From positions 46,810,001-46,874,000 of the forward strand of contig OZ024748.1 of NCBI GenBank assembly GCA_964016885.1: DNA of 64,000 nt, given 5' to 3'. The notes under the pieces were generated by a model. That model had not been told where the DNA came from and searched no databases. It was given only the letters and a program-made list of their open reading frames with translations. The position numbers and the translations under genes are program-made. The stretch comes from Eledone cirrhosa. Lineage: Eukaryota. Shown here piece by piece: positions 28,533 through 44,282 of this stretch (position 1 is the stretch's first letter; each line of letters starts with the position of its first letter).

Positions 28533-29520
28533 GATTGGAGCACTCCAGGAAGTACGCAGGCTGGTTTGTTTACTCCGGAGTAATGTAAAATAATTAAGTG
28601 AATTATGTAAAATTTGGCTTCGTTTATTACAAATTATAGATATACTGCTATATATATTTCAGTGACAGCCATCATTGGCTGTGGCCTCTTCAGGCAGTCC
28701 GAATTGATGTGGGAAAGACAGGTACACATGTTGTTGAAGTGTGTTTTACTCCGTCGATCCATCGATATGTCCAGCTTCTGGTAGTGTCGTTATTTCTCCG
28801 AGGAACTGGAATCATATGGGTTAGAGCAAACGAATTTCGGCGTCATAGGACACTCGCATCTGATTGGTCAGTTGTGCGAACATTCCTCAGTCAAAAGTCT
28901 ATATAAATTTTTCTGAGGTAAGACATTTGAAAAAGAGATTTGAAAAATCTTTGAAATTTTGATATGGTTGTAACACACACGCATTTTTTTAATTTTTTTT
29001 ATTTGTTCGGCACCCCCCACCACGTGAAATGGTGGCAGGATAGTTGCCAACCTACACACACACAAATTCTTCTGAACATAGCAGCAGCACACTAAAGGTG
29101 ACCTGCCAGCTGACCCCTAAACACCACTACCACTACCAACACAAATGAGGAGGTCAGCAGTACTTAAATAACAACTACTGCAACAGATTGTCTTACCTCA
29201 GAAAAATTTCTATAGACTTTTGACTGAGGAATGTTCTCACAACTGACCAATGGGATGCGAGTGTGTCCTATGACGCTGACATTCGTTTGCTCTAAACCAT
29301 ATGATTCCAGTTCCTCGGAGAAATAACAACACTACCAGAAACTGGACATATCGATGTATTGACGGAGTAAAACACACTTCAACAACATGTGTACCTGTCT
29401 TTCCCACATCAATTCGGACTGCCTGAAGAGGTCACAGCCAATGATGGCTGTCACTGAAATATATATAGCAGTATATCTATAATTTGTAATAAACGAAGCC
29501 AAATTTTACATATTTGACTA
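28533..29520. mobile_element. Large inverted-repeat element, family H, hammerheads on both strands
   Basis: ~330-bp arms (~28592-28927 and ~29190-29519); hammerheads - 28644-28698 and + 29418-29472. Confidence 0.9.
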
Positions 29521-29543
29521 TATATATATATATATATATATAT

Positions 29544-29749
29544 AAGGAAGGAAATGTGGTAAGGAACCAGGTGCACCATAACGCACCAAAGTACTCAATA
29601 CTTAGGGTAGTAGAGTGGGTAATAGGAACGAGTAGGACCCCGACGGCTGAGCTCAAGCCGTTTCGACGGCTAATTCTGGACTAAAATCATTTTAGTCCAG
29701 AATTAGCCGTCGAAACGGCTTGAGCTCAGCCGTCGCGGTCCTACTCGTT

Positions 29750-29753
<4 letters not shown>
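29544..29753. mobile_element. Palindromic mini-element family C (reverse orientation)
   Basis: Arms 29623-29687 and 29690-29753; tail on the left. Confidence 0.8.
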
Positions 29754-29782
<29 letters not shown>

Positions 29783-29784
<2 letters not shown>

Positions 29785-30162
29785 CCAAAGATTAGTATGT
29801 TTCTTTGAATAGTCAATGAATACAATTTTACAATAGATTAGAAGCACTTAACAAAAAGTTTTACTGTACTTTTTAATATTATTCAAAATATTAACAAATG
29901 AAAAATATTCTCATAATCAAAATATATACTTTATTATATATATTTCAGAGGTACTGTGTTGTTTTTTCAGTAGGTCCTCATCATACAAAATATATGATTT
30001 GATATGGAATTGAACAAGCATGACCGTAGCGGTATGGCATATATCAAATCATATATTTTATCTGATGAGGACGTACTTAAAAAACAACACAATACATCTG
30101 AAATATCTATAATAAAGTATTTATTTTGATTATTTGAATATTTTTCATTTGTTAATATTTTG

Positions 30163-30166
<4 letters not shown>
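29783..30166. mobile_element. Palindromic mini-element F with hammerhead
   Basis: Arms ~29881-30005 and ~30041-30165; + strand ttttat-CTGATGA..GAAA-tatcta-TA-ataaag at 30056-30117. Confidence 0.75.
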
Positions 30167-30234
<68 letters not shown>

Positions 30235-30259
30235 TCCCAATAAGCTTTCGCACACTTTA

Positions 30260-30983
<724 letters not shown>

Positions 30984-31034
30984 TGTTTACTAAATTCGAG
31001 TATATAATGTAAATAAGAATTATGAAATAATAAT

Positions 31035-31382
31035 TGTTTCTACTTTTGGCACAAGGCCAGCAATTACCCAGTACATTACTGGTACTTTATTTTATCGACC
31101 CCGTAAGGATGAAAGGCAAAGTTAACCTCGGCGGGATTTGAACTCAGAATGGCAACTCTACGCGTCAAAGTATGGCGTCCGTACAAGGCCATCAATTTTG
31201 GGAGAGGGAAACTCGATTAAGTGGACCCCAGTGCGGGACTGGTATTTTATTTTATCGACGCCGTAAGGATGAAAGGCAAAATTATTCTCAGCGGGATTTG
31301 AACTCTGATCATAAAGGTCCGTAACTCTATGCTGCAAAGCATGGAGTCCGAATCCCTTCCGATACTTCCAATCTACCGCCCT
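31035..31382 (-). mobile_element. Dimeric tRNA-derived SINE with one 18-bp TSD
   Basis: TSD gaattatgaaataataat at 31017-31034 and 31383-31400. Confidence 0.8.
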
Positions 31383-31817
31383 GAATTATGAAATAATAAT
31401 AGAAAATAAATTATGTAAACGAAGCATACGCCAGATAAAAAACAAAATTTTTCAGTAAATAAAAATATTTCCTTACTAGGTGATATGCCAATAAACACAG
31501 ACATGAATGTTAAGACTTCATGACCAGATATTTAGAGTTTCGTGATTGACAGATAAACCATTTCGCTAAGATATGATTTGTTTAAAGTCTACATTAAGAT
31601 TATCGCAAGGAAAATTTATTTCTTAATTAAATTTTTGACGTTTATTTATTTTTAGTAGACGGCAATCTCCGACGAATAATTACATTTTACATTTATTTAT
31701 AACAATTATGCATTTAAGCCAATTTAAATATTTTTTTTTTATTCATTATCAAACATAATCTAATCAATTTTAGCAAATGACAATTTATCTCGAAACAAAC
31801 AGAAGTAAAACAAATAA

Positions 31818-32018
31818 AATATATGTTAAAATATATGTAAAAATATATGTTTAATATATTTTAAATATATGTTAAATATATGTTAAATATATGTTAAATA
31901 TATGTTAAATATATGTTAAATATATATTAAATATATGTTAGATATATGTGAAATATATGTTAGATATATGTGAAATATATGTTAGATATATGTGAAATAT
32001 ATGTTAGCTATATGTTAA
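31818..32018. repeat. 11-bp minisatellite (aaatatatgtt)
   Basis: Direct sequence. Confidence 0.9.
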
Positions 32019-32694
32019 GAGATTGAGATAATGTGGGGTCGGAAAAAAAATACTCCCTATAATAATAGGAAACACTGAGAATGGTTAAGGGACAATTAAG
32101 TCAAATATATAGCTAAAATCTGAGGACAAGGACTGGACATCTGTCGGTGGCGACGATGTATGCTGCGACGGTTGAAACTGCTCTTGAAATTAAGGGGTAA
32201 GTGGTTGAAAATTGTACAGAAATATCTACTCTTGTAATGACTCAGGGAGATTTAGCGTGGCACTGTGTAAAACCCGGGTTCTCATTTACAGTTACAGTAC
32301 ATCTTGTAATGCAAATAGGTGAGTATTCCACAAATATGTGTAGAATTGATGAAATTGTCTTGGGGAGTAAGATTCAGCGTGATATAATGTGACAAGACAG
32401 ATCATTGAAATTCCAGGCACAGTTGATCTGATGGATTTCGAAACAGTGGGATTAAACTCGAGATCAAATGATTGGTTGTCGAACTTTTTAACTATTTGTT
32501 CTTGCAGCATCCACACCTCAGGACAGACATACACACATATACTCACATATACACACATATACACACACATACACCCTTATACACACATTATCCACTAAAT
32601 AGCAACAATAGGCATGAGCATACAAGATAACTAAAAGTATGACAAGTAATTTATGTTTTGTATGTAAGGATTACACACACACAATTATACATAC

Positions 32695-32802
<108 letters not shown>

Positions 32803-32967
32803 ATTGTTTCTACTTTTGGCACAAGGCCAGCAATTACCCAGTACATTACTGGTACTTTATTTTATCGACCCCGTAAGGATGAAAGGCAAAGTTAACCTCG
32901 GCGGGATATATATATATACATATATACATAATATACACGTGATTGCAATATTAGATACGCAACTTTG

Positions 32968-33450
32968 ACCAACTACACACACACAACTAGGCACACACAA
33001 TTAGACACACACGCAACTACACACACACACAACTACACACACATACAACTAGACACATACAACTAGACTCACACAACTAGACACACATACAACTAGACAC
33101 ACACAACTAGACACACATACAACTAGGCACAAACAACTAGACACACACGCAACTACACACACACACAACTACACACACATACAACTAGACACATACAACT
33201 AGACACACACAACTAGACACACATACAACTAGACACACACAACTAGACACACATACAACTAGGCACACACAACTAGACACACACGCAACTACACACACAC
33301 AACTACACACACATACAACTAGACACACACAACTAGACACACACACAACTAGACACACAAACTCACACATCAAGACACACTCACAAACTCACACATCTAG
33401 ACACACCCACAAACTCACACAACTAGACACACACAAACTCGTAGAACTAG
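32968..33450. repeat. (acaactagacacac)n minisatellite
   Basis: Direct sequence. Confidence 0.9.
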
Positions 33451-33719
33451 ATAGTAATGCACTGAGGTTGATATAATCGATTTTCCCTTCCCACCAAAAT
33501 TGCTGGCCTTGTGCCTAAATCAGAAATCGTCAATATTATGACGACGACGACAACGACGACAGCAACGACGACAAAAGAGATAAAACGAAAAGGAATGGAG
33601 AAAGGAAAACTAAAAAGCCGAATAAGTGAGAATTCTGTGCCTGATTAAATGCAGGAGCTGTGAAATGAGAAGATAAATCAGATCTAATAGAGACACACAG
33701 TAGGAGATCTAGGGTAAGG

Positions 33720-35009
33720 CAGTGTGCGTGAAATGTGTGCAGGTGTACGTAACAGTGCGTATGATGTAATCATGTGTGTGTACGTGAAATGTGTGCAGAT
33801 GTACCTAACAGCACGTGTGATGTAATCATGTGTGTGTGTACGTGAAATGTGTGCAAGTGTACGTAACGTGTGTGTGTGTGTACGTGAAATGTGTGCAGGT
33901 GTACGTAACAGTGTGTATGTGTGTGTGTGTACGTGAAATGGGTGCAGGTGTACGTAACAGTGCGTGTCTGTGTGTGTGTAGGTGAAATAAGTGCAGATGT
34001 ACGTAACAGTGTTTGTCTGTGTGTACGTGAAATGTGTGCAGGTGTGTGTAACAGTACGTGTGTGCAGGTGGTTGTAACACTACGTATGTGTGTGAAATGT
34101 GTGCAGGTGTGTGTAACTGTACGTGTGTGCAGGTGGTTGTAACAGTACGTATGTGTGTGAAATGCGCCAGGTGTGTGTAACATTACGTGTATGTAAGTGT
34201 GTGTGTATGTATGTGAAATGTGTGCAGGCGTACGTAAGAGTGCGTGTATGTAAGTGTGTGTGATGTAATCGCGTGCGCATGGGTGTGTGTGTGTGTGTGT
34301 ACGTGAAACGTGTGCAAGTGTACGTAACAGTGCGTGTATGTAATTGTGTGTGATGTAATTGTGTGTGTGTGTATGTGAAATGTGTGCAGGTGTACGTAAC
34401 AGTACGTATATGTAAGTGGGTGTGATGTAACCGTGTATTTGTGTGTGTGTGTACGTGAATTGTGTGCATGTGTACGTAACAGTGCATGTAAGTAATTGTG
34501 TGTGATGTAATAATGTGTGTGCATGTGTGTGCGTGTGTACGTGAAATGTGTGCAGAGGTGTGTAACAGTGCGTATATGTAAGTGTGTGTGATGTGATGGT
34601 CTGTATGTATGTGTGTGTATTTGAAATGTGTGCAGATGTACGTGCAAATGTGTGCGTGTATGTAAGTGTGTGTGATGTAATCGTGTGTATGTATGTGTGT
34701 GTGTGGGTACGTGAAATCTGTGCAGGTGTACGCAAGTGTGCCTGTATGTAAGTGTATATGATGTAACGGTACGTATATGTTTGGGTGTGTGTGTGTACGT
34801 GAAATGTGTGTAGTGTGTGTAAGAGTGCTTGTATGTAAGTGTGTGTGATATAAACATGTGTGTGTATATGTGCGTAACGAACTTGTATCTGTGTATACGT
34901 GATTATGGGTACGTGTTCAAGCCTGTAATTGTATGTGTGAGTGTGTGTATGTGTGTGTGTACGTGAAATGTGTGCAGATATACGTAAAGCGTGTGTACAT
35001 GATGTAAGG

Positions 35010-35015
<6 letters not shown>
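33720..35015. repeat. Degenerate 40-75-bp minisatellite (gtacgtgaaatgtgtgcaggtgtacgtaacagt core)
   Basis: About 20 recurring core copies. Confidence 0.85.
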
Positions 35016-35068
<53 letters not shown>

Positions 35069-35177
35069 TATATGCACTTGTTTCTATGTACATGTGTGTG
35101 AGTAGGTAAGTGTGTGTGTGTGTGAATATGAGGGTGGGTCTGTGAATGTGAGTGAATGTGTGTGTTTCGGTATCAAC

Positions 35178-36375
<1,198 letters not shown>

Positions 36376-36673
36376 GTTTCATATCCAAAGTAATCCTTAG
36401 CTACAAACTTGACAGATTTATCTCGGAATCCTTACTAATGTCCAATAACCTTCTCGAAAGATTTCTGTTTCTCTCGCTGTGCGATTTGTCTTACGAATTC
36501 TATTGGTTATGGCAAAGAAAGCTAGCATTAAAAACAAATGTTCACTGTATAAGAGAGCTAAACTGCATCAAATAACTCTTCTTAGCACATCTCAATGTAA
36601 ACAGTTTTACTGGCAGACATAGAATAATGGAACTTCACTATAACGAATATGCGGTTTGGGAGTTCGTTATGTA

Positions 36674-36714
<41 letters not shown>

Positions 36715-36783
36715 TTATATGTGTGTTTATATATGTGTGTTTATGTATGTAGATGTGTGTGTAAATATATATATATGCATGTG

Positions 36784-36826
<43 letters not shown>

Positions 36827-37076
36827 AAATATTAAACAAATAATGAATAAAACAATGAAACAGTTCCTTATATTAAACAAACACTTACCTACTCACACAC
36901 ATGTACATAGAAACAAGTGCATATACGCATATATATATTTATATATATATATATACATGTGTGTTTATGTATGTAGATGTGTGTGTATATATATATATAT
37001 GTATGTGTATATTTTATATATATATATGTGTGTGTGTGTGTATGTATGTAGATGTGTATATATTTATATGTATGTG

Positions 37077-37126
<50 letters not shown>

Positions 37127-37131
37127 ATGTG

Positions 37132-37163
<32 letters not shown>

Positions 37164-37258
37164 CTGTCTATGTAGACATATGCATATATATGTGTGTGTA
37201 TATATATATATGTGTGTGTGTATATATATATATATATGTGTGTGTGTATATATATATA

Positions 37259-37314
<56 letters not shown>

Positions 37315-37318
<4 letters not shown>

Positions 37319-39165
37319 GTTAGAAAAAGCTACTTCACTTACCGCTTTCGCTGGCACCGCTAATCCAATGGCTGGTTTCTCCTCTCCCACGTGCGTACAA
37401 TCCAACTCGTTAACCGGGAGCTCCAAAACGGACGTCCACCACGTTCGGTGACCACCCTAGAGAGAGGCAGACCTGCTGGCCCTTCCGGTCGAGCACCATT
37501 CCGGTCAAGCACCCTTCGGGTCAAGCACTCTTCCGGTCGAGCACACCCCAGCCTCCGGCCACCGAACATCACACCATACCCACACGACCCCCTGATCTTA
37601 AGGATCAATTTCCCCCTCGTCCTGCTGCATATGAAAGTCTGCTCCGCCTGTGTTGGGGCGGCACTTTGGGTTTCCTCTTCCTTGGAGTCCGTTGACACAG
37701 TAATTCTACGGACATCCAGGACATGACGTGGTACTCTGTCCACGGACACATTGTTCTGGGAATTTACGGCCGTCACCGTTCCCCTTCCCCATTGAGATGT
37801 GCAACGTGCATCTGGGGGCTTAACCCAGACTTCTTCGCCCACATGCACGAATGCATTCTCTCTCCGCTGGCCGTTGTGGTGCTGTGCACGAGTGCCGCCA
37901 CTCGTTTCTGAATGCTGCTCTGTGTGGCACCGATTCCTCAAACTGTCTCACCCGAGGAGACATATTGTACCAGAACACTGCCTCCATTGGTGAGATGTTG
38001 CCCCGCTCCGCCATTGCTTTGATCGTCCGGTGGTGTCGCTCCACGATTCGATTTCAGCATCTCCCTCAGCGCCTCCGAGCGGAACGTTGCGCTTTTGTCC
38101 ATCAGCAGTTCGTCCACAGGGCCCCGCTCCAAGAACACCTCTCTCAACGTCCGCGTGATTTCCTCGGCGGTTCCAGTCTTCATTTCCCTCTATATCGCCC
38201 CGGTCCACAGTCGACCATTGAGAGGTATGTTCCTTGTCGGTAGTGTGTTACATCCACCGCCAATCGCTTCCAGTCGCGATCCACCGGGAGGCTTCCCGTT
38301 TCGTGCACACCATGGGCGGGATCAATGGACTGACATCGGATGCAGCCTCTAACCACTCTTTGAACACTGTGTCTGTTAACATCCGAGTCGATTCTCCTGG
38401 CTAGGAACAGAGTCCTATCCACTCCCATGTGGTGCATGTCATGCAACCCTTTCAGATCCGACTCGATCAGCCGATACACGGCAGCTATCTCCTCTTCTAC
38501 CTCCTCCGGCGCTTCCATCCAGGCTTTCTTCACCCTGGTTAAAACGTCCGCCCTATTTTTCTCTGACGGCACGAAAACTACGCTCAGCCTCAGGTCGAAC
38601 TCGGTGGCCAGCTCTCCTAAAGTTCCCAGGCGGCGCTTTATCAGCATCTCTGCCGCCCCTCTCGTTCGCACTCTCTTCTCACTGGTGAGCACTGATCTCA
38701 CACATCCAAGTACAGTAGCCGAGTCGGTGCGGATCTCGATGGTGCGCAGTCCCCACCTCAGAGCGAGGTTCACCCCTCTCAACACCGCGTCCAGTTCGGC
38801 TACTTTGATGTGGTTCCAAACGTCCTTCTTCCTAAGCCAGGCTGAATCCTCGACCTCAACACCTCCTATCTCCAACGTGACACCTAGCGCTATGGCATCG
38901 CACCATACGGTCCCGCTCTGCGATTTTGGGAACATACCAGCGTCCCCGCACTGGGTCGTCGGCCTTCACCCTTTCCACGATCTCCTGCATCATTGCCACC
39001 GTCCTCTCTCCCACTCTGTCACTCCAAGTCACGCCGCCCGCTGGTCTTTTGACATAGCTGCATGCCGTCCGGAGCCACCCAGCAATCGGGTAGTGACCCA
39101 CCAACTTTCTACACGCCGAGAAAAGCTCCCGCCTACTCATACTTGGGCCCAGGTCTGGAACTTCA
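37315..39165 (-). mobile_element. Ty3/Gypsy-type LTR retrotransposon remnant (RNase H-integrase, 3' LTR)
   Basis: IKVAELDAV..IRTDS (RNase H), HDMHHMG..CIRC (Zn finger), LAVDVTHY, LLMDK, ERHHRTIK (DDE); putative LTR TG..CA 37584-37315 after a purine-rich tract. Confidence 0.8.
37640..39160 (-). pseudogene. pol: Frameshifted pol fragment
   Basis: ORFs 38856-39140, 38180-38935, 37938-38183, 37820-38044 and 37360-37941 join into RNase H-integrase. Confidence 0.75.
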
Positions 39166-39344
39166 TTTCATACTCTACTACCCTAAGTATTGAGTACTTT
39201 GGTGCGTTATGGTCTATCTGGTTCCTTACCACATTTCCTTCGTTATATATATATATATATATAACAAAGGAAATGTGGTATGTATATATATATATATATA
39301 TATAAGATCTGGAATTCACTGCAAAATTGGTCGCCACGAAATAT

Positions 39345-39386
<42 letters not shown>

Positions 39387-39490
39387 ATATATCCATATAT
39401 ATATCCATATTTATATATGGATATATATATATATATCCATATATATATATGGATATATATATATATATCCATATATATATATATATATAT

Positions 39491-39526
<36 letters not shown>

Positions 39527-39764
39527 ATATATATATATATATATCCATATATATATATGGATATATATATATATATATATATATGGATATATATATATAT
39601 ATATGGATATATATATATATATATATATCCATATATATATATATATATCCATATATATATATATATATATCCATATATATATATATATATATATCCATAT
39701 ATATATATATATATCCATATATATATATATATATATATATATCCATATATATATATATATATAT

Positions 39765-39876
<112 letters not shown>

Positions 39877-40024
39877 ATACTTTGGGAGGGTCATGTTACC
39901 AATAAGAAACACACGCACCAGTTGCTTTCACTTCAATTTACTATAATAAATTTATAATAAATTTATAAATTTATAAATTTCTGGTTGGTTGGTTGGTTCC
40001 ACAACCAGATAGTTGTTTATATAT

Positions 40025-40069
40025 AGTCATAGTTCTTTCGTCACACACTCTGTGACCTCTTCAGTGACT
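40025..40069 (-). ncRNA. Hammerhead in family 1 downstream pLTR
   Basis: agtca-CTGAAGA..GAAA-gaac-TA-tgact. Confidence 0.7.
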
Positions 40070-40269
40070 GGGGATTCCTTTCTTTGTTTCTGTGCCTCTC
40101 CTTCGTTCTGTCCTACGCCATTTTGTTTCTGTGTGTGTGTTGTGTGCTCAGTTTGCGCATGCGCCACATCCGGGCGTCTGTGTGTGTTTATGTTCATTTA
40201 TTTATTTGTTTATTTACATGTTACTGGTTAGTTGTTTGTTCTATGTGTGTGTGTGTTTTCATTTTGTCC

Positions 40270-43200
40270 TTAATTGTAAGTTGTGACGTTGCTGTTCCAC
40301 TCATATTTTCTATTTAATTTTGGTTGTAATTCTTTTGTTTATTGCCTCTGTAATTTGTCTAAACTTTGCGTCTTTCCTGTGAGTAGATTCTATTTTTATT
40401 TCTATGATCTCTAATTTACCCCTGTGTTCTATTTTAGCATGTTGATAGAGTACAGATGATTCTTTATTATCTTGAAGGTCTCGCCAGTGTTCATTTATCC
40501 GTTCCCCTACACTACGAGCTGTCTCACCTATGTACACTATATTTTTGTCTCTACATTGTCCTTCAGTACATCTTATGCTATACACTACATTTCTAGTTTT
40601 ACAGTTAATATGGGGTCTTATTTTACAGGTTATACATTTCTTATCTATACATGAGGGTCTTTGAAAAGGGTATGTCTTGCTAATAAGTGTTTTTACGGAG
40701 GTACCTGGTCTTTCTACTATCTTAATATTGAGTTTATGTTTATTTAGGGCCCTTCTAAATTTGTAAGCTAATTCACCTCTAGGGGTTGTATTGATGAACA
40801 TTACACTCTGGTATGTATTGCTATCATACCATGAGTTTATTCTATTAGCCTTGTTCCTAGTTCTTTCTATTCTATTCCAAAATTTGCTCCTATACCATTT
40901 TTTCCCATTTGGTTCTGGCTCCTCTATACTCTCTGATTTTATCTCTCTGATTGTAGCCAGAGAACTGCATACGGTGGATGAAGTGTTGTATGTTTCTCTC
41001 TAGTTCTTCGGGGTTGCACATGTGGGACACATTTCTCATCACCCGTACCAAATCCGCAATCAGTATGTTGATTTTGGTATGGTCCGAAATGGCCGAGTTT
41101 CGGTGGATCAGATGTTTGGAAGTCATGGTTTGGCATAATGGGAATGGAGGATTTGTTTTTTGTTGTTAATGGTATCTAACCAGATCTCTGTGTCTAGTAC
41201 AGGTAATCGATAGTTGGGGTGTTTACTTGGGTAGTCTATAGTAACTCTAATGCTCTGGTGGATGGAGTTTGCTATTTGCTGGATGCTTTCCATTGTGTTT
41301 TTCTCTAGTTCCTGACTGTTCTCTAGTGGGGGTGTCTTAACTACGATGTTTATATCATCTACGTAGCGGGAGTACATTATCAGGGTTAAGGGGTCTTCTA
41401 ATTGTTCTTTAAGTTTAAGTTTAAGTCTACTGTCCCACCATACCATGAATAAGTTAGCTATGTCGCCTGCAATGCTAACACCAATGGCTGCTCCTTCCTC
41501 TTTGGCATATGTTTTTTCATTAAATTTGAACATATGTTCCTTAAGGGTTAGTTTTATGCTGGCCCCTACCGCATGTGCAATCATTTTCTTCAGTTCATCG
41601 TGGTTTTCAGGTGTCCGTATGGCTCTGGTCCACCCGTTCCATCTATCTGTGTGGGTTTTCTTGGCCATTGAGGTAATGGTAGGTGGTCTGTCCCTTGCTG
41701 GTCTTGTAGGGCACAGGTTGCTAAGGTCATATGTGTCTAGGTAATTATTACTATAGGTAACCTTAAGTAGGAGTCCCAGCTCACTGGTATCAATCCCACG
41801 GATCTCAACCTTGCTCTCACTGATCATTTCTACGCATTTCTCCACAGCAAAATCCACGTCACGAGATGGATACAGGGACACAGCATCCATACTGCCTATT
41901 ATGCAGTTTGTTAGGTCCCCAGATCGGTTACTCACGCCGATTCTGCTGAGGAGGTCCTCCGTGCTGTCACATACATCTGGGGACATTTCAATTATGGGGC
42001 GTATGATCAGGGAGAGGAAGTAGGACAGTCTGTAGTTACTAGCAATGTTAGCTCCACAGACTGGCCGTGTTGGTGGTCCCGCGACAGGGTCACAGCCCGT
42101 TTTATGGTCTCTTCGAAGCCCATACAACACCGGCACGTCATTGTTCCAGGTATGGAAGTTGTTGGCAGTCCTTTTGTTGGGCTGCATTATATTCGTCCAC
42201 ATCATCATATGGGCATTGAGGGCTTTTTCTCTATCCTCATGCTCCTGTGGTGTTACCTCTCTTGTGTTAGTGATGTGGGGTTGCATTGCCTGGATGTAGT
42301 TTGGCAGGCTGTCAACCGACATTCTGCCAGACTTGTCTGTTGGAAAGCATGCTATCTCTCCATTACGTGAGCGCTGCATGAGCTTACGCAAGCCATTTGC
42401 AGATGTTTCTCCCAGTTGCTGGGCCTCCATTCTATTATGCTTCTTGCTATACTGTTCTATAATATGTCTAAGTTCGGATCTAGCTATACTAAATTGTGCT
42501 TCTGTTTGTTCATCGACCTGCGACGGCAATTGCGTGCGTTTGTTAAATGGTAAAGTCGTGGCGTGGACTCGTCGCAGGTCGTATGATTTATCGGAGGGAT
42601 TATAAAACGTAGAGTTCCAGGCTGCTGCTTTATGTGTACTAGTGCTATTGTTATTGTTAGTTGTGTTGTTTCTATTTCTATTTCCACCAACAGCCTCATG
42701 GTTGTTTCTATGTCTCTCATAATTACTCCTGTCTCTTTCCACTGGCTCATTGTTGTTATCTACCCTATTTTGTGTGTCTGTGTGTTCGTCTTGGTTATTC
42801 TCTTTGTCCTTAGTCTCCCTTCTCCTTTTATTCCTAATACTTTCCCTTATTTCTGTGATTTCTGTGCTACTGTCATTACTTGTTTTCTGTGTCTGTGTGT
42901 TTGTTAAGATTGTGGTGGTGGTAAGAGGCATTGAATGCGTGTGTGTTGTTGTTGTTGATATGTGCTGTTGTTGATGTGTGTTGTTGTTGTCTCCGTGTGT
43001 GTTATTGTTGTTGTGTGTGTTGTTATTGTTGTTTGTGTCTGCGTGTCTGTTGTTGTTGTTTCTGGGTATGTTGTTATTGTTGTTGTTGGTGTGTGTGTTG
43101 TTGTTATTGTTGTTTGTGCCTGTGTGTCTGTTGTTGTTGGGATGTGTGTTGTATATGTGTGTGCGTATATTGTTGCTTTTGTTTTTGTTTTTGAGGCTCC

Positions 43201-43921
43201 AGCATAGTTTTGTAAATGATTTTTCTATTTCTGACAGACAACTAATCATATTTACCTTCTTGAATGTCGCAAATTTCGGGGGTAAACATAACACAGACAT
43301 CTCATCGTCATCTATTCTTGCGTTACCATATATATTTGTGTTGTTGTTGAACTCTTCTGTTAATGAGGTGTCGGCCATATTTATACCGTCAATTTTGTCG
43401 GGATATCTATTGGTATTCTCTATAGTATCCTGATTTAGCTTTATCTGCTTAAGCCACTTTAGTTTCTTGTTAAAGTGCTTATCACATTCTTGAGTAATGT
43501 ACTGTTCTTCAGGGCGTATAAGGCTTATAAATATTAGTTTCTCTCTTGGTGTGGTGATCCTAGCTATTGCTTGTATTAGGTTACACTTATGTTTTTCTTG
43601 ATGACTTAATTCTCTATAGATCTTCTTTTTTATGTTTAGAATTAATGTTCGTTTTAGCCTATCTGCTTGTTTTTTGGTGAGTTGTAATCTTCTAACGTCG
43701 GTGTTGATGGTGTTGGTGTAAACTCGGGATGAGGCACATTCTTTTATGAAATCTAGTTGTCGAGATGTTATGGTTTTTCGTAGACAACAGAACATGGTGG
43801 TTTTCAGTATCTTGTTAGCCTGGCTAAGGCTTACGATATTTCGTTTCTGAATTTGTTTAGCAAGATTCTTTATATGAAATCGTGTGTTGAAACCGATATT
43901 GTTATACTTTGGGAGGGTCAT
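40270..43921 (-). pseudogene. Near-intact PLE polyprotein of ~1200 aa (RT + GIY-YIG)
   Basis: ATG at 43921; open to 41123 with GSMDAVSLYP, EGAAIG, YSRYVDDI; 1-nt deletion ~41127 and ~28-nt deletion ~40895 relative to the tandem copy; NVVYSIRC..YIGETAR. Confidence 0.92.
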
Positions 43922-44037
43922 ATTGCCAATAAGAAACACACGCACCAGTTGCTTTCACTTCAATTTATTATATATTTATAAATTTATAAATTTCTGGTTG
44001 GTTGGTTGGTTCCACAACCAGATAGTTGTTTATATAT

Positions 44038-44082
44038 AGTCATAGTTCTTTCGTCACACACTCTGTGACCTCTTCAGTGACT
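44038..44082 (-). ncRNA. Hammerhead in family 1 upstream pLTR
   Basis: Identical motif 4013 bp from the first. Confidence 0.7.
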
Positions 44083-44282
44083 GGGGATTCCTTTCTTTGT
44101 TTCTGTGCCTCTCCTTTGTTCTGTCCTACGCCATTTTGTTTCTGTGTGTGTGTTGTGTGCTCAGTCTTCGCGTGCGCCACATCCGGGTGTCTGTGTGTGT
44201 TTATGTTCATTTATTTCTTTGTTTATTTACATGTTACTGGTTGGTTGTTTGTTCTATGTGTGTGTGTGTTTTTATTTTGTCC

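Noticed and set aside
38427-39305. 292-aa plus-strand ORF
   Set aside because: Antisense shadow of the Gypsy pol fragment
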